From positions 1,553,775 to 1,617,774 of the forward strand of contig MU053994.1 in the NCBI GenBank assembly GCA_013239625.1: a DNA stretch of 64,000 nt, read 5' to 3'. The position numbers and the translations under genes were made by a program. The notes beneath the pieces were generated by a model. The model saw only the letters and a list, made by a program, of their open reading frames with translations, was not told where the DNA came from and ran no database searches. The DNA is from Lama guanicoe. Its lineage: Eukaryota. Below are positions 10,712-21,262 of this stretch, piece by piece (the stretch's first letter is position 1; every line of letters starts with the position of its first letter).

Positions 10712-12390
10712 TATATTGCTCTGCAAATGCTAGAGAAATCTTCTATTCTTCCTCCAACAAGACCATACCTTAAGTGCAGGGACCCTATCTCTGTTTACCA
10801 TCCCCAAAGCATCTAGGTTGCTGCCAGACTCTTGCTAAATTGAATTAAATTAGAACAAACTCAGTTCTGACTAGATGAGTCTCGTTCAATCAGCCATGTT
10901 AGTAGTCTGTTCTGCCAGAAGAGAAGAGGCTCATCTCTCTAGACTGCTAATAGAGAGTTCAGGAAGTGTTTGAGGCTCTTTGGATGAGGAGTTGCTAAGT
11001 GCAAAGAAAGTCCAGGTGGCACGGCTAAGGTCGAAACCTCATGGGTGACACTGGAAAATATGCAGAATTACAGCTGGCAGAGCTCAAGCATTTGCACAGA
11101 GGCTGAAAAGTCACAGGGGAGAAAGGGAACCCCTCTCTATGGAGAAAAGCATCGTGCATCAAATTTAAGAACGTTGCCCCCCACCCCAAATCACACACAC
11201 ATACAAAACCTTGTTCTGCTGAGAACTCGTTAGCTACATCGGATGTGACATCTGGGTGGGTAATATAGTCTGAAGCCTAGATTTCTTTAATTAACCAATA
11301 GCAATCAGGAGTGAGGGCAATTCCAGGGAACGGTAATTGTCTGAAAGTTCTGGATGCCTGGAGGCTGAGCCGCAGGCCAGAAACCCAGCCAGCTCTGTCC
11401 CCGCAGAGCACGCAGAGCCAAGGTCACGACTGCCATTTTAAACAGGGGCTTTTTTCAAAAAGGTTGAGATCACAGCTGATTACTGTGGGTGAGGATTTCC
11501 TCTGTGATGTCTACAGCCTGGGGAGAGGGAGCGAGCTATCTGGGCATCCTGCAGTGCCCCACAGGAAACATACAACTTGCAGGGGCCTCTAGGGACCAAA
11601 TTCTGCAGGTGCTGGGTAGCCAGCACCTGGGGGAGGACATTCTGACTGGGAGTTCTTTGGTTCAACAAGTACTTACTGTATAACTAGAATATACCAGGCT
11701 TGAAGCTGGGGCTAGATACTTACGAAACACTTTTAAACCTTTGAGAGGGGATGCAAACCAAAAAATGTTAATGTGGTGATAACATGCACTATGTAAACTC
11801 CTTGTGAGTAAAGATTGCATTGTTTTCATCTCCGTCTGTCCCACAGGATCCACCTCATGTTTTACAGGGAATAGGAGCTCAGTAAATGTCAAACTGAATT
11901 TGAGTTCATAGAGTGATGCCAACTAGACCACCTTTCAAAAGTATTTTGAGATCAGCTTTAAGAAACTGATAAGAACGTCACATGCATTTTTGCCTGTAAA
12001 CTGGTGCTTTTAAAGTGAGAGAAGGGTGTTTGCCCTCCTTGAAGTTGTTGAAACGGTTCCCTTACAACGGTGTTCACACTCTGCATTGGCAAAAGTAAAC
12101 AAGCACCCGCCAGGGCCCCTCTCCGAATCATCACATATTCCAAGTAAGAACAGTGTGGATTAATGAGGTTTTTTATTTACTGTTCTAAGTGAAGTTGAAA
12201 GATAAACAGCCCTCCTTGGGCCACAGGACAGTGAGCTCAGAACGTTCCCAGGCTTAAGTCAGAACACTTAGCATCACTGGGGAGTTAAACTGCCAGAGAG
12301 GAAAACAAGAAGGTGGTTCTGGGTCCCTGAAATTCCAAAGAGAGCCTCAAGCATTAACTTGAACTTGGAAGGAGGTCGAATCATTGTTCC

Positions 12391-12816
12391 TGTCACAGGT
12401 TCTGCTTTCTGGAAGCAGACGTGGGGTTTGTGTGGCAAGACGTTTGTTCTGAGATCAGCACCTGTGGAAGAGGGGAAGGAGGCAGGAGTGAGGGCCGGAC
12501 GAGAAGGGAGGGTCTACCTGTCACCCGCACCTAAGGCTCAGCCAACCCAGTGGGGTGCTCTGGACAAAGACTGCCCGGAGGAAGTCTCAGGTTCGGCAGA
12601 AATGACTGGCCCTTTACACTCCCCCACTGCTCTGTTGCAGGATGTGGCCCGCCCCGGGGAAAGGCATGACCTCAGGCCAGACAGCTCTCAGCAGCTGAGA
12701 TGCTCCCCGAAGGAGCTGACAGCTAGAGGCTGTGTGCTGACCACGCTCCTCGCAGCTGGGCAGCAAGCCCTTCTTTGTGGTGGGACCTGGGCAGCAGCGC
12801 ATCTCTGTCTGTCATA
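12391..12816 (-). mobile_element. ERVL solo LTR (LTR16A-like)
   Basis: Antisense start 'tgtcacaggttctgctttctggaagcagacg', internal 'gatcagcacctgtggaagagggg'; flanks gttcc/gatcc (4/5 TSD). Confidence 0.8.
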
Positions 12817-13229
12817 GATCCAGAGGCAGAATTGGTTCTCAGTGCTGCCCAGGGCTTCCTGGCTGCCTGCCCCACTTAGCCTGCCCTCTCAGACATCCGA
12901 TGAGCTCCAAGCGGAACTACAAAGAGGCTGATTGTCTTTCCCCATGTGGTCCCTTCCTCCTCACGGCCTTTTTCAGGCCCTTATCCTTCCTCCCTCTCTC
13001 CTTTAGATATAATATTCATTTAAAAATATTGTCAAACACCAATTCACCACTCCAGGCACTGTGTATAAGCAGAGATAAACACAAACTGATCCCAGCTCTC
13101 AAAGAGCTTGCATTCCAGAGGAGAAAATGCTATTGAACTCTCAACAAAACTGATTACCAATTTTACAGGTGTATGAAAGAGGCTCGAGCAATGCTAAAAG
13201 TGCACTTTATACTAACTTTTTAAAGTGAC

Positions 13230-13465
13230 CAATAATAACCAGCACTTACTAGGTGTTTGCTCTGTGCCAAGCGCTGTTCTAAGAAGACTGCCTGTGCTAG
13301 CATCTACTTCTCACAGTGAGTCTAGGTGGTAGGTTTGATTATTGCCCCCATGTTGAAGCTTAGAGAGATTAAGTAACCTGCTCACCATCACTCAGCTAGT
13401 ACGTGATGGAGAAGATTTGAATCCATACAGTCTAGCTTCAGAAGCCATTATCTTAACCTTTATGC
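13230..13465 (-). mobile_element. MIR (near full length), flanked by L2 fragments
   Basis: 'gcttagagagattaagtaacctgctcaccatcactcagctagt...atttgaatcc'. Confidence 0.85.
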
Positions 13466-13682
13466 CGCACTGTCTCTCCCAGTTATAGGTATGGATAACA
13501 GCCTATTGTGACCACTTGGGATGAGCAGGAAGAGGAGAGATGGGCAGGCAGAGAAGTGCTGGGGAAGACCCCAGGGAGGAAGAGGGTTTAGAAAGATTAG
13601 CAGATGGGCATGAGAAGAAAAGGAACATTCTAGGCAGGAGAACTGCATGAACAAGGCTTGGAAGAAATATTTGCAAGATGCG

Positions 13683-14170
13683 TGTCTCAGTTTAGAGGCA
13701 AGGATTCAGGTGCAAGTAGTTTATTTGGGAGATAATTCTAGAACATGCCATTAGGAGAGTAGGGTAAGAGAGACAGGGCAGGGGAAGTAGCCAACAAAGG
13801 GAATATTATCAAGCTACTTATCACTGTGAGCAACTGGAGAGCAATCCCTCTGTGGACCTCTGGGGGACAGTATAGGACACTTCCATTATCCCAACCAAGG
13901 AACCAGAGAGCTGGGGTATTGATCCACCAGATCCTGTCAGGCATTGGTTAAGGCCTGCTCTCTGGGTCAAAGAGAGGCCAGGACATCAATTCCTTGGCTC
14001 CTCCTCCTGGCCATATGCACAGGCAGAGCAGGCTCCAGTGGCCAAAAGCCCTCAGGCAGAGAAGCAGATGGTGGCCGTCAGAAATCGCCCACATGCACAA
14101 AAATGTTAAGTACTGAAGGGGCGTGGTTAGGCCACGGGCAGGGGGTGCTAGGAAACAGTCTGGGGACGGT
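13683..14170 (-). mobile_element. ERVL solo LTR (LTR33-like)
   Basis: 'caaggattcaggtgcaagtagtttatttgggag', 'ttatcaagc...cactgtgagcaactggag' and 'gagctggggtattgatccacc'. Confidence 0.8.
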
Positions 14171-14939
14171 GCATGAAGTAGCTCTGTTAGAGAGGGAAGG
14201 ACAGGCCTCCTTCCCTCCTGAGAGGCTGAATAATGGCCTCTAAAGAAGCTCGGTGGAACCACTGCATCTGTACCCCTCTGATAGAGGTGGGGGGCCCCGA
14301 GGCCAGTCCTTTCCCGCCACTTGTATCTTCCTCATCACAGCTCGCCCCGGGAGGTGTTAACTCCCCTACACATCCAGATTGGGTTCCTCTACCTCTCCAG
14401 GAGCTTCTAGGAAAACCAAAGCCTTCGTGATTCAGACCTAGTGCTGGAGACGTGGCAGCAGGCAAGCGGGAGGCCAGGCAGAAGCCGGGTGGTGGCATTT
14501 CATAGCTGCAGGAACGGGAGCAGTCCTTGAGGCTGCTCTGGCTAGGAAACAAGGGTGCCCAAGGGGTAGAGGGAGGGAGAGATGGGGCCCAGCAGAACCA
14601 GGGTGGTGCCTAACTTGGTCTAAAATAGTCATTGAGCACCAATTCAGAAAATCAGACCAGAATCGACATGAAGGGTTATTTCATCATCAGATCCCCATGC
14701 AGAGTCAGAGCTTGAAGTGTTACCTCCCCTCCTCTTTTGCCCTGAAACTGTCTGACCCTGCTGGAAAAGTCTAGAGGTTAGCATGCAAAGCACCCGTACA
14801 TACTGGTATGGAAGCAGCTCAGCAATCCTTGGCTGGACCGCGTCATGACAAGTTTGGGTTTGAAGAAAACAGTCCCTCAGCCCAGAGGCAACACATCTTC
14901 AAAGCTACCAAAGCTCACTCTGCAGATGGCCTTCTTCAT

Positions 14940-15357
14940 TGTCTGGGAAGTTAGCAGAGTGATACAAGCAAAGCTTGAATAAGTGCTTGCATGCCTCCGT
15001 TGGTGCTCTTGGACCAAAACTCTTGTCATGAGAATATGCCCAGGCCAGCTAGCGAGAGGCAGAAAGATGTAAGGAGCAGAGCCAAGCCACCGCAGTCCTC
15101 CCAAGTGAAGCTCTTCTGTACCAGCTGATAACAAGCACACCCTCAGACATACGGGTGAGCCCAGCCTAGGTCAGCAGAGCCGCCCAGCTGACCCACAGCA
15201 AACCCAGCTGAGATCAGCTGAGCCTAGCCCAGAGGAGCCGAAACTTGCAGACCTAGTAATGAAATAAATGCTTCCTGTTTGCTGCGTGCCACTGAGATTT
15301 TGTAAGGGGGTGAAGGGGGAGTCAAGCAGAATTATGGTGGCAATAGCTGAGTGATAG
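14940..15357 (+). mobile_element. MaLR LTR (MLT1H-like)
   Basis: 'gtgagcccagcctaggtcagcagagccgcccagctgacccacag'; 3' 'aataaatgc...gccactgagattttg...gtggcaatagctga'. Confidence 0.8.
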
Positions 15358-15649
15358 AATTCCATCCATCCCAAGCTGAACTCTCCCTCTGTGAATTCCC
15401 ATTGGCTCTCTCTGTAGCAGTTTGTCATTTGTCTAATTCTTTCAATTACATGAGCGTCACCTCCCAGACCTGACTGCAGACTGTTGAGTGTTCAGGTTTA
15501 CATTTCTCTGTCTCCTTACAGAATATTTAGCAACCATACTGAGCATGCAGGAGACCTTCAGGGTTTTGGTGTGATTTCTAAACCCACATGACACAGACTG
15601 TTTTGCCTTTATTTCCAATGCCACTGCTATTTGTTTTTCATAATTTTAG

Positions 15650-15820
15650 AATATGAGGCTACAAGAGAACTTAGATGGCATCAGACCAACTCCTTCCTTT
15701 GACAGACGAAAAAACTGAGGCTCAGAGAGATTAAATTTTTTTGTCTGTGGCCACATGGCTGGCAGGAAGCAGAGCTTGATGTAGTCGCCAAGTCTCCTGA
15801 CTGTGATTCCAGTGCTCCGT
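15650..15820 (-). mobile_element. MIR/MIR3
   Basis: 'acagacgaaaaaactgaggctcagagagattaa'. Confidence 0.8.
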
Positions 15821-16715
15821 CTCCCAGGATCGATACCAGTTCTGTAATTGATTGGCAGAGGCTGCCTGGCGCCAGTGTGATGAGAAGGATTCTGAGGCTA
15901 GATCTGGGCATAGTAGGAGACAGTCCCAAGACCAATTAGCCGTATCTTCCAGGAGAGAGCAAGAAGGAAGTAGGGGTAGATATGCCAGATGGCCACTATC
16001 TCTGCTACATCTGGCTGCTTATTGGTTAGTCTGTTGGTTTACATGTATTGCAAAGATGGCATTTTGTTTATTTCACCTCCATCTAGCTCCCAGTTTGAAG
16101 TTTACTTTGGAGACCTCCAAAATCTCTGGTGGACCCCTTTCTGCATGCACCCAAGATCAGCCATTCCCTCCCCTAGCTGCAAGGCAGCATTTTAAAAAAT
16201 CCTTCTAGTGATGCTGTTCAGGTCATGAGTGCACAGGAATGAAGCCCCAAACAAAGTACAGCTGAAGATCTGAGAAATCAATATCAGAATCCGGCACACG
16301 GAGGCATTTAAAGCTGGAGAATGGCTGTTGATTTTTTTTTTCTGCCTGCCCCTAGAATCTGAGTTCTCCTCGCCTCGGTCAGTGTCATTCATCTCCAGGT
16401 TAAGAGGCAGGACCATCACTGAATGCAACACAGCTGGCTTTGAAGTGCTTCTGTAAGGGAGCTGGTGGTCCAGCCTGCCGAGGAGCCACAGGCCAGGGCG
16501 GAGCACGGCGGGGAATCTTGTGAGAGTAGGCTGAAATGGGGGCTGTATTTTCTTTTCCTTCTCTCCAAGAAAATTCAGGGGTCCTTTCCTGGCTTCCTGT
16601 ACTTGCATGGGCCTCAACTTAATGTCACTTCCTCAGGAAAGCCCTCCCTGATGCCCAAGATAGAGTGAGACGCCTCATTCCATGTTCTCATGCCCTTACG
16701 TTTTCCCTTGGTGGC

Positions 16716-17160
16716 AGGGGGATTTCACTGAATCTGAGCTCCATCAGTTATAAGACCTCCCAATGTTTCCTGTGCCAATCAGAAAAAAATACGCCACCAT
16801 TTACACTATAACACAATGCTTTCGTACCGCTTAGAATGTTTATTGTCTAGTTATTCAAAGAGCACTTTTAAATTCCTTTAGATAGACTCGTATGATATCA
16901 CTCTTGTGCAAAGGAAAATACACTTGAAAGTGACTGGTTGGGGAAATCCTCCTTAACCTCCTCCACAGTGAGAAGTTGAGTATTTGGAATCACTTTGTGA
17001 CTCAGAGTCATCGAGGCCCATGTGCTGCCTCCCCGTATGGGTCTCAACACCGTCGCCCCCACACCACCCGTCACCTCTGTCTCCAGCTGCTAGGCTCGCC
17101 TGTTAACAAAAGGCTTTTACGTACTCCAACTCACGCCGTCCCCACAAAAGTTTCTTCAGG
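16716..17160. mobile_element. old TcMar-Tigger-like DNA transposon relic
   Basis: Start 'atttcactgaatctgagctccatcagttataagacc...gaaaaaaatacgccaccatttacactataacacaatgcttt' resembles Tigger12/13-type ends as I recall them; the right end is uncertain. Confidence 0.5.
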
Positions 17161-17394
17161 TGAGAACTGGAGTTATTTTTATCCCCAGCTTGTAAATGTG
17201 GATTTTGAAGCATAGAGCTGTGAAGTCACTTGGTGGAGTTTATATGGCAAAGTCACTGGCTGAGCTGGGACATGGGCCCAGGGAGTCTGATTCCCGGGGA
17301 AAAGCTCCCTCTGCCAACCTTCCTTGCATTCATTCCTCCGCAGCTGAAAATCCACGACTCTCAGAAGACGGTAGTTCTTGCAGTTGGGCCCAGC

Positions 17395-17600
17395 AGGGGA
17401 AAAGACCAAGATCAGAACCACAGCTTTGTGACTTCCTAAGCTGTGGGAACTTGGGCCGGAGTCTCCACGTCCCTGGAGCTCAGTGTCCTTATCTGAAAAA
17501 TGGGGATATGAGACTGCTTTGCAGGGCATGGTGAAAACTCAGTAAGTCAGTCCTGTGAATGAGGTTAGCCCAGCGCCTGGCAGATAGCGAGTGCAGGGTC
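17395..17600 (+). mobile_element. MIR
   Basis: 'gctgtgggaacttgggc...ctcagtgtccttatctgaaaaatggggata...cagcgcctggcagatag'. Confidence 0.85.
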
Positions 17601-17769
17601 ACGGTTAACCACAACTACTCCGGCAACGTTATACGTACAAGGGTCAATGCTTCCTGCCATGGAATATGCAAAACCGGTAACGCCTTAGTCCACATACGTC
17701 AATAAATACAATGTAAGAGAATGACAGATGCTAGAGAAGGACGTACTGCCCTGGACGAGGAGGGGAGAG

Positions 17770-18270
17770 AAATGTTCATTTGAGTGAGGGTATCTGGGAC
17801 ATCTTCAGGGCAGGACGTGGCACATGAAGGATGGGAAAATGTGCAAAGGTTGCAATGGGGGAGGCCAGGCCACGGGGGAGGGAGGACGGCATAAGCCAAG
17901 TGTAGAGAGAGGTCCGTAAGTATAAGGCATATTCTCACGACAGTGGATTGTTCATTTTAGCTAGAAAATAAAATACAATAATAAAATAAAACAAGATAAG
18001 ATAAGATAAGATAAAATAAAATAAAATAAAATAAAATAAAATAAAATAAAATAAGCAAACTGACTTTTATTCTGTAGGAGAAGGGAAGCCACTGAAAGAT
18101 TTCCAGCAAGGTCATGTTCTGCTCAGGGTCACCCTTTAGATGGATGACATGTTGGCAGAGTACAGGAGGGCATGATGGGGGACAAGATGGGGGCAAGAAA
18201 CCAGTTAGGAGGCTCCTTCGATAGCCCTGACGAGAGGTTTTGAGGACCCAATCTTGGGCAGGATTGGTGG
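17770..18270 (-). mobile_element. L2 fragment interrupted by a microsatellite
   Basis: 'tgacttttattctgtaggagaagggaagccactgaaagatttccagcaag' and 'aaccagttaggaggct'. Confidence 0.7.
17964..18054. repeat. compound (AAAAT)n/(AAGAT)n pentanucleotide microsatellite
   Basis: Read directly. Confidence 0.95.
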
Positions 18271-20631
18271 GAACATAAACAAAGACCAATCAATTTGAGC
18301 CACACTGTGGAGGGAAAACCAAGTGATTACGTGGTTATTCACAGGGTGGCCAAGGAGGACCAAGGGATGAGAAGAGGGAGCAGTTGGACCAGTGCCTCCA
18401 TGGGTCTGATTCCTAATTGCCAGGGCCATATGGCAGGAGCAGCAGGGCCCTACGGATGCGACTCTTGGCTCAGGAGAAGGGGCCAAGGTTGGGAGTGAAG
18501 GAAATGGCCAGGGAGAAGGTGTCATTCAAAAGGAGAGGGCTCAGGACTGGAGAAAAGTGGTGTCCACCTTGCACAGGGCTCCAGGTTCGTAAGTCAGTTG
18601 ATTAGATTATGTGTGGTCAAAAACCCTCATGGAGGAATGTACTGGAAAGCAGCTCCTGAACTCGCAGGAAGTTTGACAACTTCCCCGCACTGTTGGAATA
18701 GATCACTTTTTCTTTCACAGGCCAACAGATAAGGCTTGCACTGTGTGGGCAGGTTATGTGAAAAAAAAAGTCACTTTTCATATTCAAATCATACTCAGTG
18801 GAAGGAGACTGTCACATTACAAGAGAGGGAGAAATGCAGACAGCAAAGACGACCAAGGGACCCTCCCACAACCCACCATCCCAGGCAATCATTGTGGAGC
18901 CACCCACACCACTGACATCATCTCCCTCATGCACAGAACCTCAATTTACTTTGCTCAAAGAAAATGTGTTTGTCCCATGGCACTACTGCATTGACACAAG
19001 GCCCTTTTATCAGGTGTAGAAAGTTCTAGAAGACACTAAAGAATGTAGGTCTTGCCTTGGAGAAACTCTGTTTAGCACCACCCTAGTAGACCACCCTGTG
19101 TCTTCTTAGCCAGAAATGCATTCACCTGGCCACTGTCAGCTGAGAGAAAGGCTGGGAAGTGAGCATCTTAGCTCGTCCATCCTCTAAGGAAAGAGGCGAG
19201 AAGGGAAGAAAAAAATACTATTATTGGAGAGGAAAATTGTAAGTTTTCAGATCCTCGGAGGACGTGCTAGTTTAGATCGTCTACTCTGAATGCAACATTT
19301 TATACACAAGAAAAGAACTGAGTCCTGGAGTCCTGGGTGGAGGGAGTAACTTGCCTGCCCTGGTTCTGTTGTTGTGTCAGAGCTGGGGTTTGAACCAAGC
19401 CTTCCAGCTCTGGAGATCTTTCCACTCCCGCCATAATAGCCCTCTTAGGCTGCAGAAGGGTGTCTGGCTTGGAAAGCTGTTAAGAGAAAAAGAAAGAAAA
19501 GAAAAGAAGCTCCCGCATAACTAAGGTGGGATCTGTTGTCACAAGACCCAGAAAACTAAGCCCAGGCACTCGGACTTGCTCTGAGGGGCAACGGGGAGCC
19601 ATTGTAGAATCTTAAACAGGAGCGTGGCAATTTGAGTTGCTCGTAGGTAGATATTATATAAATAGAAGGGGTTATTTCTCTGTTGATTACGGCTGCTGAT
19701 TCAGCCAAGGGGAAATGGAGTTCTGGACAGGCTCGTACCTCCAGCGGTGACTGCAGGTGCTGTCGAGGGGAGGTGCAGGCCGCTGTCTGACATCCTCAAA
19801 AGGCCCCTGCTCTCCCGAGAACAGCTTGATGCTTATTGCTAATAACAAGGCTGGCAGCCGGCTGCAGCTTTCACTCAAAATTCTCCAGCTTTCAGTAATC
19901 AAAGCCAGGCCTGAGTTGTTCCTTGGCCCTAGACTGCAAAAGGAATTTCCTTTATTTTTGAACACGGAGAGAATAAAAAGAAGTACAAGTTGTTTTATAA
20001 GACAAGTGGGGCAGCAATTGGAAATAGGCATTTAGGCATCTCTTAGGGATTAACATCAGGACTCATTTAACGGCTTGGAGTGTTAATAAGGATGAGATGT
20101 ATTTATTTTTCCCTGGGTTCTTTTTAGGAATCCCTGGGCAATGTTCTGGAATTGATCTACACTGGTTCAAATTTCACACATCCCCCCATTTTCCATGCTG
20201 ATTCTCCCACCCTTCTTTTGATTGAGTTGTGCCTCCTTTTAACTTGGAGAGAAAACCTTATCCAGGGTGCACAACTGGGCATAATTGGTACCCAGAAATA
20301 CTGTTCATCGGGTTGAGGCAGCTCAGCAGACAAAATGGCCTTTTTTTTTTTTTTACCTAGGGAATCTGGTTTGAAAATTGGACATTAAGTTACACTTCTA
20401 ATTGAAATGAATTTGATGGTTTCAGAACAGTCCCCAGTGATCCCAGCCCACATCATAAAAACCACCATAGGCAAATTGGCACGATTCAGCCTTGGCTCAA
20501 ATAGGCTAGGGAGTAAAAGAAGATGTAAACTGAATTTGTGGTTGTTTTTATCTTCAAACAGACAGGTTAGGGGGAGCTTCCAGAGGAGAATTCTTGGGTC
20601 AGATTGCACAATTTTCCTGACAGCCTGGGCG

Positions 20632-20850
20632 GCAGTGCAGTATAGTAGGAGAGCGCTAGGTTAAAAGTGGACCCTTGTCTCTGCCAGTTATTGATGTTGT
20701 GTTCTTTGGTAAGTCATCAGATCTTTCCATGCATCAGTTTCCTCACCTGCAAAATGGGGATAATAGCATCGTGGCTCTTGGGTTGGTGTTGGGCTCAAGG
20801 AATGACACCTGAGCAGTTTGCCCAATGGACGGCGGCAACCCAGGGCTCCT
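20632..20850 (+). mobile_element. MIR
   Basis: 'catcagtttcctcacctgcaaaatggggataatag'. Confidence 0.85.
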
Positions 20851-21049
20851 GATGGATGGATCAGTGTGCACTTTCCAGTCCACTAGCTGACACCAAAAGA
20901 CAAGCTGCTTGTCCGCTCGTGAAACTTGACTATGGGGTTAGATGAGCTCAAAGCAAAGAGCAGTGACAAGACAAGGAGGGTATTCAAGGCTGGGCAGTCA
21001 CTTCCATTGCTCTCGGCCCTGAACCACCTCATTGTCCACACCTGCTCTC

Positions 21050-21262
21050 TTTTTTTTTTGTAATTGAAGTATAGTTGGTTTACAATGTTGTGTTAATTTC
21101 TGGTGTACAGCGTAGTGATTCAGTTTTACATACATATATTCCTTTCCATATTCTTTTTCATTATAGGCCATTACAAGGTATTGAATATAGTTCCCTGTGC
21201 TATCCAGTAGGACCTTGCTGTTTATCTGTTTTATATCTAGTAGTGTGTGTCTGCAAATCCCA
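21050..21262 (-). mobile_element. short L1 3' UTR terminus
   Basis: Poly(T) followed by 'taattgaagtatagttggtttacaatgttgtg'; similar to 9351-9570; no clear TSD. Confidence 0.9.

Noticed and set aside
18721..18752. Possible 32-nt exon after tttttctttcacAG
   Set aside because: Good acceptor but a poor donor (CAG|GTTATG) and no supporting context.
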